A stretch of 64,000 nt of DNA from Bordetella parapertussis. Its GTDB lineage: Bacteria > Pseudomonadota > Gammaproteobacteria > Burkholderiales > SG8-39. Shown piece after piece: positions 35,213 through 44,459 of this stretch. The notes under the pieces were generated by a model. That model did not search any database and had not been told where the DNA came from. It saw only the letters and a program-made list of their open reading frames with translations. Position numbers and translations under genes: made by a program. The DNA lies in contig CAMDDU010000001.1 in the NCBI GenBank assembly GCA_945892985.1, forward strand, positions 75,960-139,959, written 5' to 3'. Position 1 is the stretch's first letter, and every line of letters begins with the position of its first letter.

Positions 35213-36046
35213 ATGTCCACCAATCTCATCATCCAGGGTGCCGCCGAGTCCGCAGACATCCACAAGCTCGCCGGCCTCAGCGGCGCCGCCGGAATGGACA
35301 CGCTGTCGGCAACGGCTTGGCGGCTGAAGTTTACGAAACAGCGCGAGGGCGTCGCCGAGTACTGCGAATCGGCCAAGCTTGATCACGCATTCGTGCCGGC
35401 GGGCAGGAAGCTCGCCGACTTTGGTCTCGTTGCCATGGACATGGACTCAACGCTGATCACCATTGAGTGCATCGACGAGATCGCCGCGCTCATGGGCGTG
35501 GGCGACAGGGTGGCCGAGATCACCGCCAGCGCAATGCGCGGCGAAATTGAATTTCAGGAGAGCCTGCTGCAGCGCGTGGCACTGCTCGCCGGCTTGAAGG
35601 AAACAGAACTGCAGCGCGTCTACGACCAGCGGCTTAAACTTTCGCCCGGCGCCGAAGTCATGCTGGAGCGACTCAAGGCCCTTGGCATCCGGACCCTGCT
35701 GGTATCCGGTGGTTTTTCCTTTTTCACCGATCGCCTGCAGCGACGCCTCGGCCTCGACTACACCCTTGCCAACACGTTCGAGATAGAAAACGGAAAGCTC
35801 ACGGGTCGCCTGTACGGCGCTATCATCGGCGCACGCGCCAAGGCCGATGAACTGGTTCGATGCGCGCGTGAACTCGGACTTAGCCGCGACCGCATGATTG
35901 CCATCGGAGACGGCGCCAACGACCTGCCCATGCTGGCCGCCGCCGGCGTCTCCATCGCCTACCACGCCAAGCCGGCCGTCCGTGAAAAGGCCACCTACCG
36001 GCTCGACCATGTCGGCCTGGACGGACTACTCAATCTTTTTTCCTGA
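35213..36046 (+). CDS. serB: Phosphoserine phosphatase
   Basis: 277 aa. HAD motifs are DMDSTLITIECIDEIA, VSGGF and GDGANDLPML. Confidence 0.9.
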   Translation: MSTNLIIQGAAESADIHKLAGLSGAAGMDTLSATAWRLKFTKQREGVAEYCESAKLDHAFVPAGRKLADFGLVAMDMDSTLITIECIDEIAALMGVGDRVAEITASAMRGEIEFQESLLQRVALLAGLKETELQRVYDQRLKLSPGAEVMLERLKALGIRTLLVSGGFSFFTDRLQRRLGLDYTLANTFEIENGKLTGRLYGAIIGARAKADELVRCARELGLSRDRMIAIGDGANDLPMLAAAGVSIAYHAKPAVREKATYRLDHVGLDGLLNLFS

Positions 36047-36130
36047 AACGACCACAGCGACTGGAAAAGCGCGCCAGATAAGGCTTTCCGGGCAGTTTCC
36101 CGGCAGGGTCGCAGGCACCCACTGAGGGCC

Positions 36131-36325
36131 TTATTCGGACTCTTCGATCCAGGCCATTTGTATAGCTTCAAGGATTTTTTCACCGGACTTATCCGCATCA
36201 TCATCAAACCCATCCAATTCCATGACCCATTTATGCAGGTCGGTAAAGCGGATCTTCAGCGGATCAACTTCAGGATGTTTCTCCGCCAGTTGGATGGCTA
36301 TTTCAAGGGTATCGGTCCACTTCAC
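36131..36325 (-). CDS. iscX: Fe-S cluster assembly protein IscX
   Basis: 64 aa from GTG 36325, with AGGAG 8 nt upstream and 1 nt after the fdx stop. (M)KWTDTLEIAIQLAEKHPEVDPLKIRFTDLHKWV..FDDD aligns with E. coli IscX. The longer track ORF overlaps fdx. Confidence 0.85.
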   Translation of the reverse strand: MKWTDTLEIAIQLAEKHPEVDPLKIRFTDLHKWVMELDGFDDDADKSGEKILEAIQMAWIEESE

Positions 36326-36326
36326 G

Positions 36327-36665
36327 CTAATGCTCCTCTTTGGCGTGGTTGATGGTGTACCTGGGAATCTCAATGGTTAGATCTGCATCATTGACCATTG
36401 CCTGACACGCCAGGCGCGATTGGGGCGCAAGCCCCCATGCCCGGTCGAGCAAATCATCCTCCTCCTCGCTGGACGGATCCAGCGCGGCGAAGCCCTCTCT
36501 GACGATCACGTGGCAGGTCGTGCAGGCGCGCGATTTCTCGCATGCGTGCTCGATCTCAATGTGGTTGGCAAGCAGGTTGTCGCAAATGGACACACCGGGT
36601 TTGGCGTCAAATGCGGCGCCATCCGGGCAAAGCTCCGCATTGGGAAGAACAATAATTTGTGGCAT
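36327..36665 (-). CDS. fdx: ISC-system [2Fe-2S] ferredoxin
   Basis: 112 aa. MPQIIVLP...CEKSRACTTCHV...RLACQ is the adrenodoxin-type pattern of Fdx. Confidence 0.93.
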   Translation of the reverse strand: MPQIIVLPNAELCPDGAAFDAKPGVSICDNLLANHIEIEHACEKSRACTTCHVIVREGFAALDPSSEEEDDLLDRAWGLAPQSRLACQAMVNDADLTIEIPRYTINHAKEEH

Positions 36666-36667
36666 GG

Positions 36668-38533
36668 TCAGAGACTCAGATTTTCAATGTTTTTGCCTGC
36701 AAGCGCACGCCTGACCGAGCGGTCCATACGGCGTGCGGCGAAATCTTCAGTCACTTTATTGACGCGTTCGACATGGCTTTTGATGCGGCGATGGTCGGTG
36801 CATTCTAGCGCATGCGCCAGGGCGCTGATCTCCGTATCGATCGAGGCAGACTCCGCCGGCGACAGCAAAGCGCGGTCCTCGGCCAGCGCTGCCTCCGTCG
36901 CCTCCAGCAGGCGACGTCCCTCGACCTGTTGCTCGCGCAAGGCGCGCGCGTGAACATCGTCCTTGGCGTGGTCAAAGGAATCGCGCAGCATGCGCGTGAT
37001 GTCTTCGTCCGCAAGGCCGTAAGAGGGTTTTACGGCGACCGATGCCTCGATTCCGGTGCTCATTTCACGCGCGGAAACGGCCAGCAAACCATCCGCATCC
37101 ACCTGAAAGCTGACGAGGATACGGGCCGCGCCGGCGACCATGGGCGGAATACCACGTAATTCAAAACGTGCCAACGCGCGGCAGTCCGACACCAATTCGC
37201 GCTCGCCCTGCACCACCTGCACGGACATCGCCGTCTGGCCGTCCTTGAAGGTGGTGAACTCCTGCGCGCGCGCCACTGGAATGGTGGAGTTGCGCGGGAT
37301 GATTTTCTCCACCAGCCCACCCATGGTCTCCAGCCCCAGCGAAAGCGGAATAACATCCAGCAACAGCCAATCGTCGCCTTCCGCACGGTTACCGGCGAGT
37401 GCGTTCGCCTGCATGGCCGCGCCCAGCGCGACCACTTTGTCCGGATCAAGATTGTTTAGCGGGGACTGCTTGAACAAAGCGCCAACGGCCTGCTGCACAT
37501 GTGGCATGCGCGTCGCGCCACCGACCATGACAACACCCTTGACCTCCTCCACGCTGAGTCCGGCGTCGCGCAAGGCCTTACGGGTCGGTGAAAGCGTTTT
37601 GGTCACCAGATGCTGGGTCATGTCCTGGAAAACCTGCCGGGTGAGCTTGAGGTTGACCATTTCGCCGCTGCCCAGTTTGGCCGAAATTTGGGCGATATCG
37701 TGCGCGGTAAGGTGCTCCTTGGCTGTGCGGGATCTGGCCAGCAACAGGCGCATGTCCTCATCGGACAGCGGCGCAAGTCGTGCCTGATCGACGATCCAGC
37801 ACATCAGTCGATGGTCAAAGTCATCCCCCCCCAAAGACGCATCACCGCTGGTGGCCATGACTTCAAAAACACCTTTGGACAGGCGCAAGATGGACAGATC
37901 AAAGGTACCTCCGCCAAGATCATAAACGGCGTAAATTCCCTCGGCTGCATTGTCCAGACCGTACGCGATCGCGGCGGCGGTCGGCTCGTTGAGCAAGCGC
38001 AGCACATGTATTCCGGCCAAGCTCGCCGCATCCTTGGTTGCCTGGCGCTGGGCATCGTCGAAATACGCCGGCACCGTGATGACCGCGCCATGCAGCTCAC
38101 CGCCCAGTGATTCTTCGGCACGCCGGCGCAACACTTTGAGAATTTCAGCCGACACTTCGACCGGGCTCTTCGGGCCTGCAACGGTGCGAAGCTGCAGCAT
38201 GCCCGGCGCATCAATGAAGGCGTAGGACGTGTTTTCGGCGTGCGCATCCTTGAGTCCGCGCCCCATGAAACGCTTCACCGAGGCAATGGTGTTTTTAGGA
38301 TCCTTCGCCTGCATCGCATGTGCCGCACGCCCCACCTCCGGCTGCCCGTCGGCGAGGTAACGCACGATAGAGGGCAGCAGCACCTGGCCCTCGGCATCCG
38401 GCAGCGCAACCGCGATGCTGTTCCTGACCGTCGCGACCAGGGAATTGGTTGTTCCAAGGTCTATGCCGGCGGCAAGGCGCGCCTGATGTGGTTCCGGTGA
38501 CTCGCCTGGTTCGGAAATCTGCAACAGCGCCAT
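36668..38533 (-). CDS. hscA: Fe-S protein assembly chaperone HscA (Hsp70 family)
   Basis: 621 aa. [10 protein letters not shown]...[14 protein letters not shown] and DLGGGTFD are Hsp70 motifs. Confidence 0.95.
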   Translation of the reverse strand: MALLQISEPGESPEPHQARLAAGIDLGTTNSLVATVRNSIAVALPDAEGQVLLPSIVRYLADGQPEVGRAAHAMQAKDPKNTIASVKRFMGRGLKDAHAENTSYAFIDAPGMLQLRTVAGPKSPVEVSAEILKVLRRRAEESLGGELHGAVITVPAYFDDAQRQATKDAASLAGIHVLRLLNEPTAAAIAYGLDNAAEGIYAVYDLGGGTFDLSILRLSKGVFEVMATSGDASLGGDDFDHRLMCWIVDQARLAPLSDEDMRLLLARSRTAKEHLTAHDIAQISAKLGSGEMVNLKLTRQVFQDMTQHLVTKTLSPTRKALRDAGLSVEEVKGVVMVGGATRMPHVQQAVGALFKQSPLNNLDPDKVVALGAAMQANALAGNRAEGDDWLLLDVIPLSLGLETMGGLVEKIIPRNSTIPVARAQEFTTFKDGQTAMSVQVVQGERELVSDCRALARFELRGIPPMVAGAARILVSFQVDADGLLAVSAREMSTGIEASVAVKPSYGLADEDITRMLRDSFDHAKDDVHARALREQQVEGRRLLEATEAALAEDRALLSPAESASIDTEISALAHALECTDHRRIKSHVERVNKVTEDFAARRMDRSVRRALAGKNIENLSL

Positions 38534-39066
38534 CAGTCGTCCAGTTCCGTGATGGCGTAATGAATTTCTTCGCCCAGTTTTTCTAGAAACATCAGCTTAC
38601 GAAAGGTCAAAGCGGCCGCCGCGTAATCATGGCGCGCGTCAATTTCAGCTTCAGCATCGCGATAAAGCCCATCCATCCCGGTCCGCAGCAAGGCCTCAAG
38701 TGCGGACAGCCTAGCTCCGTCATGCAAAGCCGCCGCCTCTTCGAGTGCCTCGCGCCACTCCATCTGCTCGACGAGGAAATCATGCGGCATACTGGTGTTG
38801 GTTTCAATTTTCGGGTCGATGCCGTGCAATGAAAGCAGGTAGCCGGTGCGCTTGATCGGCTTTTTAAGGGTCTGATAAGCCTCATTCACGTGCATAGCCC
38901 ATTGCATCGACATGCGGCGCTCGTTTTCGCCCGCATGGATGAAGCGATCCGGATGCACCTCGGCCTGCAGTCGCCGATAAACCTGGTCCAATTGCTCCAG
39001 CGGCAGGCGGAAGCCTTCGGTCAGACCGAACAGCTTGAAGTGATTCTGCTTGATGTCGAGAGTCAT
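38533..39066 (-). CDS. hscB: Fe-S protein assembly co-chaperone HscB
   Basis: 177 aa. The J-domain has the HPD motif ([10 protein letters not shown]). It shares one nt with the hscA start. Confidence 0.92.
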   Translation of the reverse strand: MTLDIKQNHFKLFGLTEGFRLPLEQLDQVYRRLQAEVHPDRFIHAGENERRMSMQWAMHVNEAYQTLKKPIKRTGYLLSLHGIDPKIETNTSMPHDFLVEQMEWREALEEAAALHDGARLSALEALLRTGMDGLYRDAEAEIDARHDYAAAALTFRKLMFLEKLGEEIHYAITELDD

Positions 39067-39077
39067 GCGCGCTCAAT

Positions 39078-39102
39078 AAAAAAGGGGCCATCGCCCCTTT
39101 TT
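39078..39102 (-). terminator. Intrinsic-terminator-like hairpin between iscA and hscB (A6-GGGGC-catc-GCCCC-T5)
   Basis: Read directly. On the minus strand the GC stem is followed by TTTTTTATT. Its symmetry allows action in both directions. It probably acts as a partial terminator or attenuator inside the isc operon. Confidence 0.6.
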
Positions 39103-39118
39103 CAAGCGTGGCCGGCGA

Positions 39119-39442
39119 TCAGACGTTGAAACTTTCACCGCAACCACATGCGTCCTTGACGTTGGGATTGTTGAACTTGAACCCTTCGTTCAGACCTTCC
39201 TTGGTAAAGTCCAGTTCGGTCCCGTCCAGGTAAGGCATGCTCTTGGGGTCGACCACGACCTTGACGCCGTGGCTTTCGAACAACTGGTCTTCGGGCTGGA
39301 CCTCATCGGCATATTCCAGCTTGTAGGCAAGACCGGAGCAGCCTGAGGTGCGTACGCCAAGGCGCAGCGCGATGCCCTTTCCGCGTTTGGAAAGAAAACT
39401 CGAAACGTGGGTTGCGGCTTTTTCTGTCAGTGTGATTGCCAT
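39119..39442 (-). CDS. iscA: Fe-S cluster insertion protein IscA (A-type carrier)
   Basis: 107 aa. It has CSGLAY and the C-terminal CGCGESF motif. Confidence 0.93.
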   Translation of the reverse strand: MAITLTEKAATHVSSFLSKRGKGIALRLGVRTSGCSGLAYKLEYADEVQPEDQLFESHGVKVVVDPKSMPYLDGTELDFTKEGLNEGFKFNNPNVKDACGCGESFNV

Positions 39443-39450
39443 GTTTTGCC

Positions 39451-39861
39451 TCAGGCGACAGCCTTTTGCACCGGGGTGGCGATGCCGTGCTTCTTGCGGT
39501 AGTCATCAACCGCGGCCTTGATCGCGTCCTCGGCCAGGATGGAGCAATGTATCTTCACCGGCGGCAGCGCGAGCTCCTCGGCGATCTGCGTGTTTTTGAT
39601 GCTGGCAGCCTCGTCGATCGATTTGCCCTTTACCCACTCGGTCACAAGCGAAGATGAGGCGATGGCAGAACCACAGCCGTAAGTCTTGAAACGCGCATCC
39701 TCGATGATGCCCTGCTCATTCACCTTGATCTGCAGCTTCATCACGTCACCGCAAGCCGGGGCGCCGACCATACCGGTTCCAACGCTATCATCACCCTTGT
39801 CAAAAGAGCCGACGTTGCGCGGGTTTTCGTAGTGATCCAGTACTTTTTCGCTGTATGCCAT
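39451..39861 (-). CDS. iscU: Fe-S cluster scaffold IscU
   Basis: 136 aa. [40 protein letters not shown] and LPPVKIHCS are canonical. Confidence 0.96.
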   Translation of the reverse strand: MAYSEKVLDHYENPRNVGSFDKGDDSVGTGMVGAPACGDVMKLQIKVNEQGIIEDARFKTYGCGSAIASSSLVTEWVKGKSIDEAASIKNTQIAEELALPPVKIHCSILAEDAIKAAVDDYRKKHGIATPVQKAVA

Positions 39862-39970
39862 TTTAGGTCTCCAAAAGCGTAAATCGTAAAAGGTGAATGA
39901 TCAATGGTAAAAACATCTCAACCAATCAGCTTTTCGCCATTTTCTATTTCCCGTTTGCCATTCACCGCAT

Positions 39971-41179
39971 TCAATGCGCAGCCCATTGAACGGAATTCAA
40001 ATCAACGCCATCTTTGAACATTTCCCACAGCGGCGACAGTTCGCGCAATTTACCAATTTTTGCACGCAACAGATCGATGGTGAAATCGATCTCCTCCTCG
40101 GTGGTGAAACGACCGATGGTAAAACGAATCGAACTATGCGCCAGCTCATCCGAGCGGCCCAGCGCCCGCAGCACATACGATGGCTCCAGGCTGGCCGAGG
40201 TGCAGGCCGACCCCGAGGACACGGCGACGTCCTTGATCGCCATGATCAGCGACTCGCCCTCGACGAAATTGAAACTGATGTTCAGGTTGTGCGGAATACG
40301 GTGCGCCATGTCACCATTAACGTACACCTCTTCCATGTCCTTGAAACCGTCATGAAGCTTGTCGCGCAATGCGCGAATTCGTACGTTTTCAGCCCCCATT
40401 TCGGCCTTGGCGATGCGAAAGGCCTCGCCCATCCCGACGATCTGGTGCGTTGGCAACGTGCCCGAGCGCAGGCCGCGCTCATGACCGCCGCCGTGGATTT
40501 GCGCCTCAATACGCACACGCGGCTTGCGCCGCACGTACAGCGCGCCTATCCCCTTGGGGCCGTATGCCTTGTGCGCGGTGACCGTCAGCAGGTCGACCTT
40601 GAGCTTTTGTGTGTCAATCAGGATTTTTCCCGCGGCCTGGACGGCATCACAATGAAAAATGATGCCCTTTTCCCGGCAGATCTCTCCGATCTCGGCAACC
40701 GGCTGGATGACGCCGATTTCGTTGTTGACCATCATCACTGAAACGACAATCGTGTCCGGCCGGATCGCAGCCTTGAATTTTTCCAGATCCAGCAGGCCGT
40801 CTGGCTCGGGTTGCAGGTAGGTCGCCTCAAAACCCTGACGCTCCAACTCACGCACGGTGTCGAGCGTCGCCTTGTGCTCGGTCTTGACGGTGATGATGTG
40901 CCGGCCTTTGCCCTTATAAAAATTGGCCGCCCCCTTGATCGCAAGATTGTTGCCTTCGGTCGCGCCTGAGGTCCAGACAATCTCTTTCGAATCGGCGTTG
41001 AGCAGGGCGGCGACGTCTTCGCGCGCCTCCTCCACCGCATGTTCGGCCGTCCAGCCATAAGCGTGTGAGCGGCTCGCCGGGTTACCGAAATGTTCGGTCA
41101 AAAAAGGGATCATCTTTGCGGCAACGCGCGGATCAACCGGCGTGGTCGCAGAATAATCGAGGTAGATGGGAAACTTCAA
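39971..41179 (-). CDS. iscS: Cysteine desulfurase IscS
   Basis: 402 aa. It has [15 protein letters not shown], the PLP-lysine region [12 protein letters not shown]-like ([12 protein letters not shown]), the active-site SSGSACTS, and the C-terminal WAAH. Confidence 0.96.
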   Translation of the reverse strand: MKFPIYLDYSATTPVDPRVAAKMIPFLTEHFGNPASRSHAYGWTAEHAVEEAREDVAALLNADSKEIVWTSGATEGNNLAIKGAANFYKGKGRHIITVKTEHKATLDTVRELERQGFEATYLQPEPDGLLDLEKFKAAIRPDTIVVSVMMVNNEIGVIQPVAEIGEICREKGIIFHCDAVQAAGKILIDTQKLKVDLLTVTAHKAYGPKGIGALYVRRKPRVRIEAQIHGGGHERGLRSGTLPTHQIVGMGEAFRIAKAEMGAENVRIRALRDKLHDGFKDMEEVYVNGDMAHRIPHNLNISFNFVEGESLIMAIKDVAVSSGSACTSASLEPSYVLRALGRSDELAHSSIRFTIGRFTTEEEIDFTIDLLRAKIGKLRELSPLWEMFKDGVDLNSVQWAAH

Positions 41180-41216
41180 CGCTGACTCCTGTGTGATTTT
41201 CTAAACACCCTTGAAC

Positions 41217-41696
41217 TCAGGCCGGCACAACGGCCGGGCGCGGACGCTTGTCCTGAAGCACAGTAATCTTGGGATCTGTCGGGCGACCAAGCGCCTTTTG
41301 TTCCGCAACCAGATCCGAGAGCTTCACCGAACTCAGGTACTCATACATTTTGGTGTTGAGGCGCGCCCACAACTCATGGGTCATGCAGCGCGTTTCCTCG
41401 TGGCAATTTTCCTTGCCACCACACTGCGTCGCGTCCAGCGGTTCATCAACGGCACGTATGATGTCCGCGACAGACAAGTCTTCGGTTGTGCGTGCCAGGC
41501 AATAGCCGCCGCCAGGACCGCGTACGCTTTCAACAAGAGCATGCCGGCGCAATTTGCCGAACAACTGCTCAAGATAAGACAGTGAAATGCTCTGACGTTT
41601 GCTGATACCCGAAAGCGTGACAGGACCGCCCCTATCGTTCAGGGCCAGATCAAGCATTGCCGTCACGGCAAAACGTCCTTTAGTAGTGAGTCGCAT
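41217..41696 (-). CDS. iscR: Fe-S cluster regulator IscR (Rrf2 family)
   Basis: 159 aa. The MRLTTKGRFAVTAMLDLAL HTH is present, with cluster ligand cysteines C..(5)..C..(5)..C in CGGKENCHEETRC. Confidence 0.93.
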   Translation of the reverse strand: MRLTTKGRFAVTAMLDLALNDRGGPVTLSGISKRQSISLSYLEQLFGKLRRHALVESVRGPGGGYCLARTTEDLSVADIIRAVDEPLDATQCGGKENCHEETRCMTHELWARLNTKMYEYLSSVKLSDLVAEQKALGRPTDPKITVLQDKRPRPAVVPA

Positions 41697-41710
41697 CAGG
41701 CAACCTTTCT

Positions 41711-41735
41711 AATCCCGACCAGATCTGTCAACTAT
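41711..41735 (-). promoter_or_regulatory. IscR type-1 box, proximal (ATAGTTGACAGATCTGGTCGGGATT on the minus strand)
   Basis: 20 of 25 positions match the E. coli type-1 consensus ATASYYGACTRWWWYAGTCRRSTAT by my hand alignment. It lies 15-39 nt upstream of the iscR ATG. Confidence 0.7.
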
Positions 41736-41760
41736 ACCCAAACCCGACTAGACTAGTCAA
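41731..41760 (-). promoter_or_regulatory. Candidate iscR promoter TTGACT-N18-TATAGT
   Basis: The -35 lies inside the distal IscR box and the -10 overlaps the start of the proximal box. This is consistent with autorepression. Confidence 0.5.
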
Positions 41761-41764
41761 CTAC
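41740..41764 (-). promoter_or_regulatory. IscR type-1 box, distal (GTAGTTGACTAGTCTAGTCGGGTTT on the minus strand)
   Basis: 21 of 25 positions match the same consensus. It is in tandem with the proximal box, as at the E. coli iscR promoter, and abuts the cysE stop codon. Confidence 0.7.
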
Positions 41765-42522
41765 TACTTTTCCGAGACTTTACGTAGGGGCTGCGGATCA
41801 AAGCGGTCGGCGACCGCTAGATCATCGGTGCGACGGGCGCGCAAGGATTCCAGTTCTAAAAGAATCCTCGCCAGGCGACGATCGACCTCAAGCGAATGGT
41901 CGAGCAATCCTTCAAGCGCCTTGGAAACCGGGTCATCTTCCGCCCTGGCAGTGACGGCATAGGCGGAAAATCCCAGTCTTGCCGCCTTTTCCTCTCGCGA
42001 TTTGTCAGCCTCATCGAGAATGATCCGCGCCGGGATGCCTACCGCAGTTGCCCCTGGCGGAACATCTCTGACCACCACCGCATTGGAGCCAATTTTCGCC
42101 CCCTCCCCAATCAGAATAGGTCCCAGAACCTTGGCGCCGGCGCCAATGACCACGCCATTGGCCAGCGTAGGATGGCGTTTGCCTTTGTTCCATGAGGTAC
42201 CACCTAGCGTAACTCCATGATACAAAGTGCAATTTTCCCCTATTTCCGCAGTCTCACCAATCACGATACCCATACCGTGGTCGATAAACACGCGACGACC
42301 AATGGTCGCGCCAGGATGAATCTCAATGCCCGTCAGCCAGCGCCCCAAATGTGACAAAAGCCGGGCAAACAAATGCAATTGCATCGTCCACAGTTGATGC
42401 GAAAGCCGATGAATCTGTAAGGCATGGAAACCGGGGTAACACGTCAGCACCTCAAGCGTGGACCGCGCAGCCGGGTCGCGCTCGAATACTGATGCGATAT
42501 CTTCTCGTATGCGCGAAAACAT
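41764..42522 (-). CDS. cysE: Serine O-acetyltransferase
   Basis: 252 aa. The N-terminus [31 protein letters not shown] is present, with hexapeptide repeats ([25 protein letters not shown]). Confidence 0.92.
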   Translation of the reverse strand: MFSRIREDIASVFERDPAARSTLEVLTCYPGFHALQIHRLSHQLWTMQLHLFARLLSHLGRWLTGIEIHPGATIGRRVFIDHGMGIVIGETAEIGENCTLYHGVTLGGTSWNKGKRHPTLANGVVIGAGAKVLGPILIGEGAKIGSNAVVVRDVPPGATAVGIPARIILDEADKSREEKAARLGFSAYAVTARAEDDPVSKALEGLLDHSLEVDRRLARILLELESLRARRTDDLAVADRFDPQPLRKVSEK

Positions 42523-42665
42523 ATTAATTCAATAAGTTGCCAATTTTTTATAATGTAAATTATAGGAGAAATCCGAGCCGTGAGCGCCGCGCTTATTCAA
42601 GACTTCGGCCGCGTCACCTGCGCTGCAAGAGACCCTGCTTTGAATGGTACAAATTTCCGAGTGTT

Positions 42666-43451
42666 TCAGTCAACTTTATCCGGCCGACCTTCCGCCATAC
42701 GCTTATCCCATTCGGTCAGGATGCCACGAAGGATATTGACCTCCTCCTTCTCCAGCCGGGCGCGGCCAAACAGGCGGCGGAGGCGTTCCATCAACTTTTT
42801 GGGATAGGCCGGATCAAGAAAGCCACTGCTGGTGAGATTGAGTTGAAGATGCGTATAAAAACGCTCTATATCGCCAATTTTTGCCGGCTCCTGAAAGGGT
42901 GGAACCCCGACCACGCCCCCCAGCAAGCCCATCCGCAATTCATACGCCAGCAACTGGACGGAAGCCGCAAGATTAAGCGAAGAGTAGCCCTTCACCGCCG
43001 GGATCATCGCCGCGAGCTGGCATTTGAGCACCTCGTCGTTGGAAAGCCCCGACATCTCGGTGCCAAACACCAGCGCCACCTCAAACTTACCGGCCTCGGC
43101 AAGAACCTGGGACGCCGCAACGCGAATATTCACCGGATCGTAAGCCAGTTCGCGTATCCGGGCCGTCATCGCAACCGCAAAACCGGTCGATTCAAGGGCT
43201 TCATCGAGAGAGGCGCAAACCCGCGCCCCGGCCAGCACATCGTCCGCGCCGCTCGCCATCGCGGTTGCCTGCGGGTCCGGAAAAAATCGCGGCTCTACCA
43301 ATACGAGACGGCTGAGTCCCATGGTCTTCATCGCCCGCGCCGCAGCGCCGATGTTGCCCGGATGCGTGGTGCGAACCAAAACAACGCTTATGCGCTGCAG
43401 CAAGTCGGCCTGGTCAATCACGCGCAGATCCGCGTGCAATACCCCCCCCAA
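42666..43451 (-). CDS. trmJ: tRNA (cytidine/uridine-2'-O)-methyltransferase TrmJ (SpoU/TrmH class)
   Basis: ISVVLVRTTHPGNIGAAARAMKTMGLSRLVLV matches the TrmJ N-terminus. The true start may be an internal GTG/TTG about 10-15 codons downstream of 43451. Confidence 0.85.
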   Translation of the reverse strand: MGGVLHADLRVIDQADLLQRISVVLVRTTHPGNIGAAARAMKTMGLSRLVLVEPRFFPDPQATAMASGADDVLAGARVCASLDEALESTGFAVAMTARIRELAYDPVNIRVAASQVLAEAGKFEVALVFGTEMSGLSNDEVLKCQLAAMIPAVKGYSSLNLAASVQLLAYELRMGLLGGVVGVPPFQEPAKIGDIERFYTHLQLNLTSSGFLDPAYPKKLMERLRRLFGRARLEKEEVNILRGILTEWDKRMAEGRPDKVD

Positions 43452-43529
43452 GCCCGATAATCGGGGCCGGCTGATACCCTTGCCCTGCTAGAATCCATAC
43501 TTCGCACCTCAAGTACCCCGCTCTTTATC

Positions 43530-44372
43530 ATGCAACCAATGCTCAACATCGCCGTGAAAGCGGCCCGCCGCGCCAGCAGTATCATCAATCGTGCGTCGCG
43601 CGACGTCGAAGGACTCACGGTGGTGAAAAAACGCCACAACGACTTTGTGACCGAAGTGGACAAGGCCGCAGAAGAGGCGATCATCAACACACTGCTGGAG
43701 GCCTACCCGAAGCATGCGATTCTAGCAGAGGAGTCCGGCGCATCCGGCGAGTCGGAATACGTTTGGATCATCGATCCGCTCGACGGCACGACCAACTTCA
43801 TCCATGGTTTCCCGCAATACTCGATTTCGATCGCCCTTTCGCACAAGGGCGTACTCACCCATGCCCTCGTCTACGACCCGACGCGCAATGAGTTGTTCAC
43901 CGCCAGCCGCGGCCATGGCGCCTATCTCAACGACCGGCGCATTCGCGTGTCAAAGCGCACGCAGATGCGGGATAGCCTGATCGGAACGGGCTTCCCGTTT
44001 CGCGATATGGAATGCCTCGACGAGTACATGGAGATGCACAAGAGCGTTATCCAGAAATCCGCGGGCGTGCGCCGGGCCGGCTCGGCAGCGCTTGACCTGG
44101 CGTACGTCGCCAGCGGCCGTCTCGACGGCTTCTGGGAAATGGGCCTCGCCCCCTGGGATATGGCGGCAGGCGCACTGCTGATTCTCGAAGCCGGCGGCCT
44201 GATCTCCGATTTCGAGGGTAACGAAGACTACCTTGAGAGCGGACATGTGGTCTGCGGCAACCCCAGGGTGTTCAGCCAGTTGATGCAGGCGATAGCGCCA
44301 CAGGCTCTGCCAATTCCAAGCGCCGCCCCGAAAACCGTCAAGACCATCGCCCCCAAAGCCCGGAAAGGCTAA
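43530..44372 (+). CDS. suhB: Inositol monophosphatase family protein SuhB
   Basis: 280 aa. [35 protein letters not shown] and [11 protein letters not shown] are canonical. Confidence 0.93.
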   Translation: MQPMLNIAVKAARRASSIINRASRDVEGLTVVKKRHNDFVTEVDKAAEEAIINTLLEAYPKHAILAEESGASGESEYVWIIDPLDGTTNFIHGFPQYSISIALSHKGVLTHALVYDPTRNELFTASRGHGAYLNDRRIRVSKRTQMRDSLIGTGFPFRDMECLDEYMEMHKSVIQKSAGVRRAGSAALDLAYVASGRLDGFWEMGLAPWDMAAGALLILEAGGLISDFEGNEDYLESGHVVCGNPRVFSQLMQAIAPQALPIPSAAPKTVKTIAPKARKG

Positions 44373-44459
44373 GTCCTGTTCGAAGCGCTGCGCAAACTGC
44401 TAGCCGGCACCGCCCGCACTGACGCCAGCCGGCAATCCGCACTCGATGCGGCGATCGCC

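Noticed and set aside
42537-43460. 307-aa plus-strand ORF
   Set aside because: It is antisense to trmJ, whose SpoU-type motifs are unambiguous on the minus strand.
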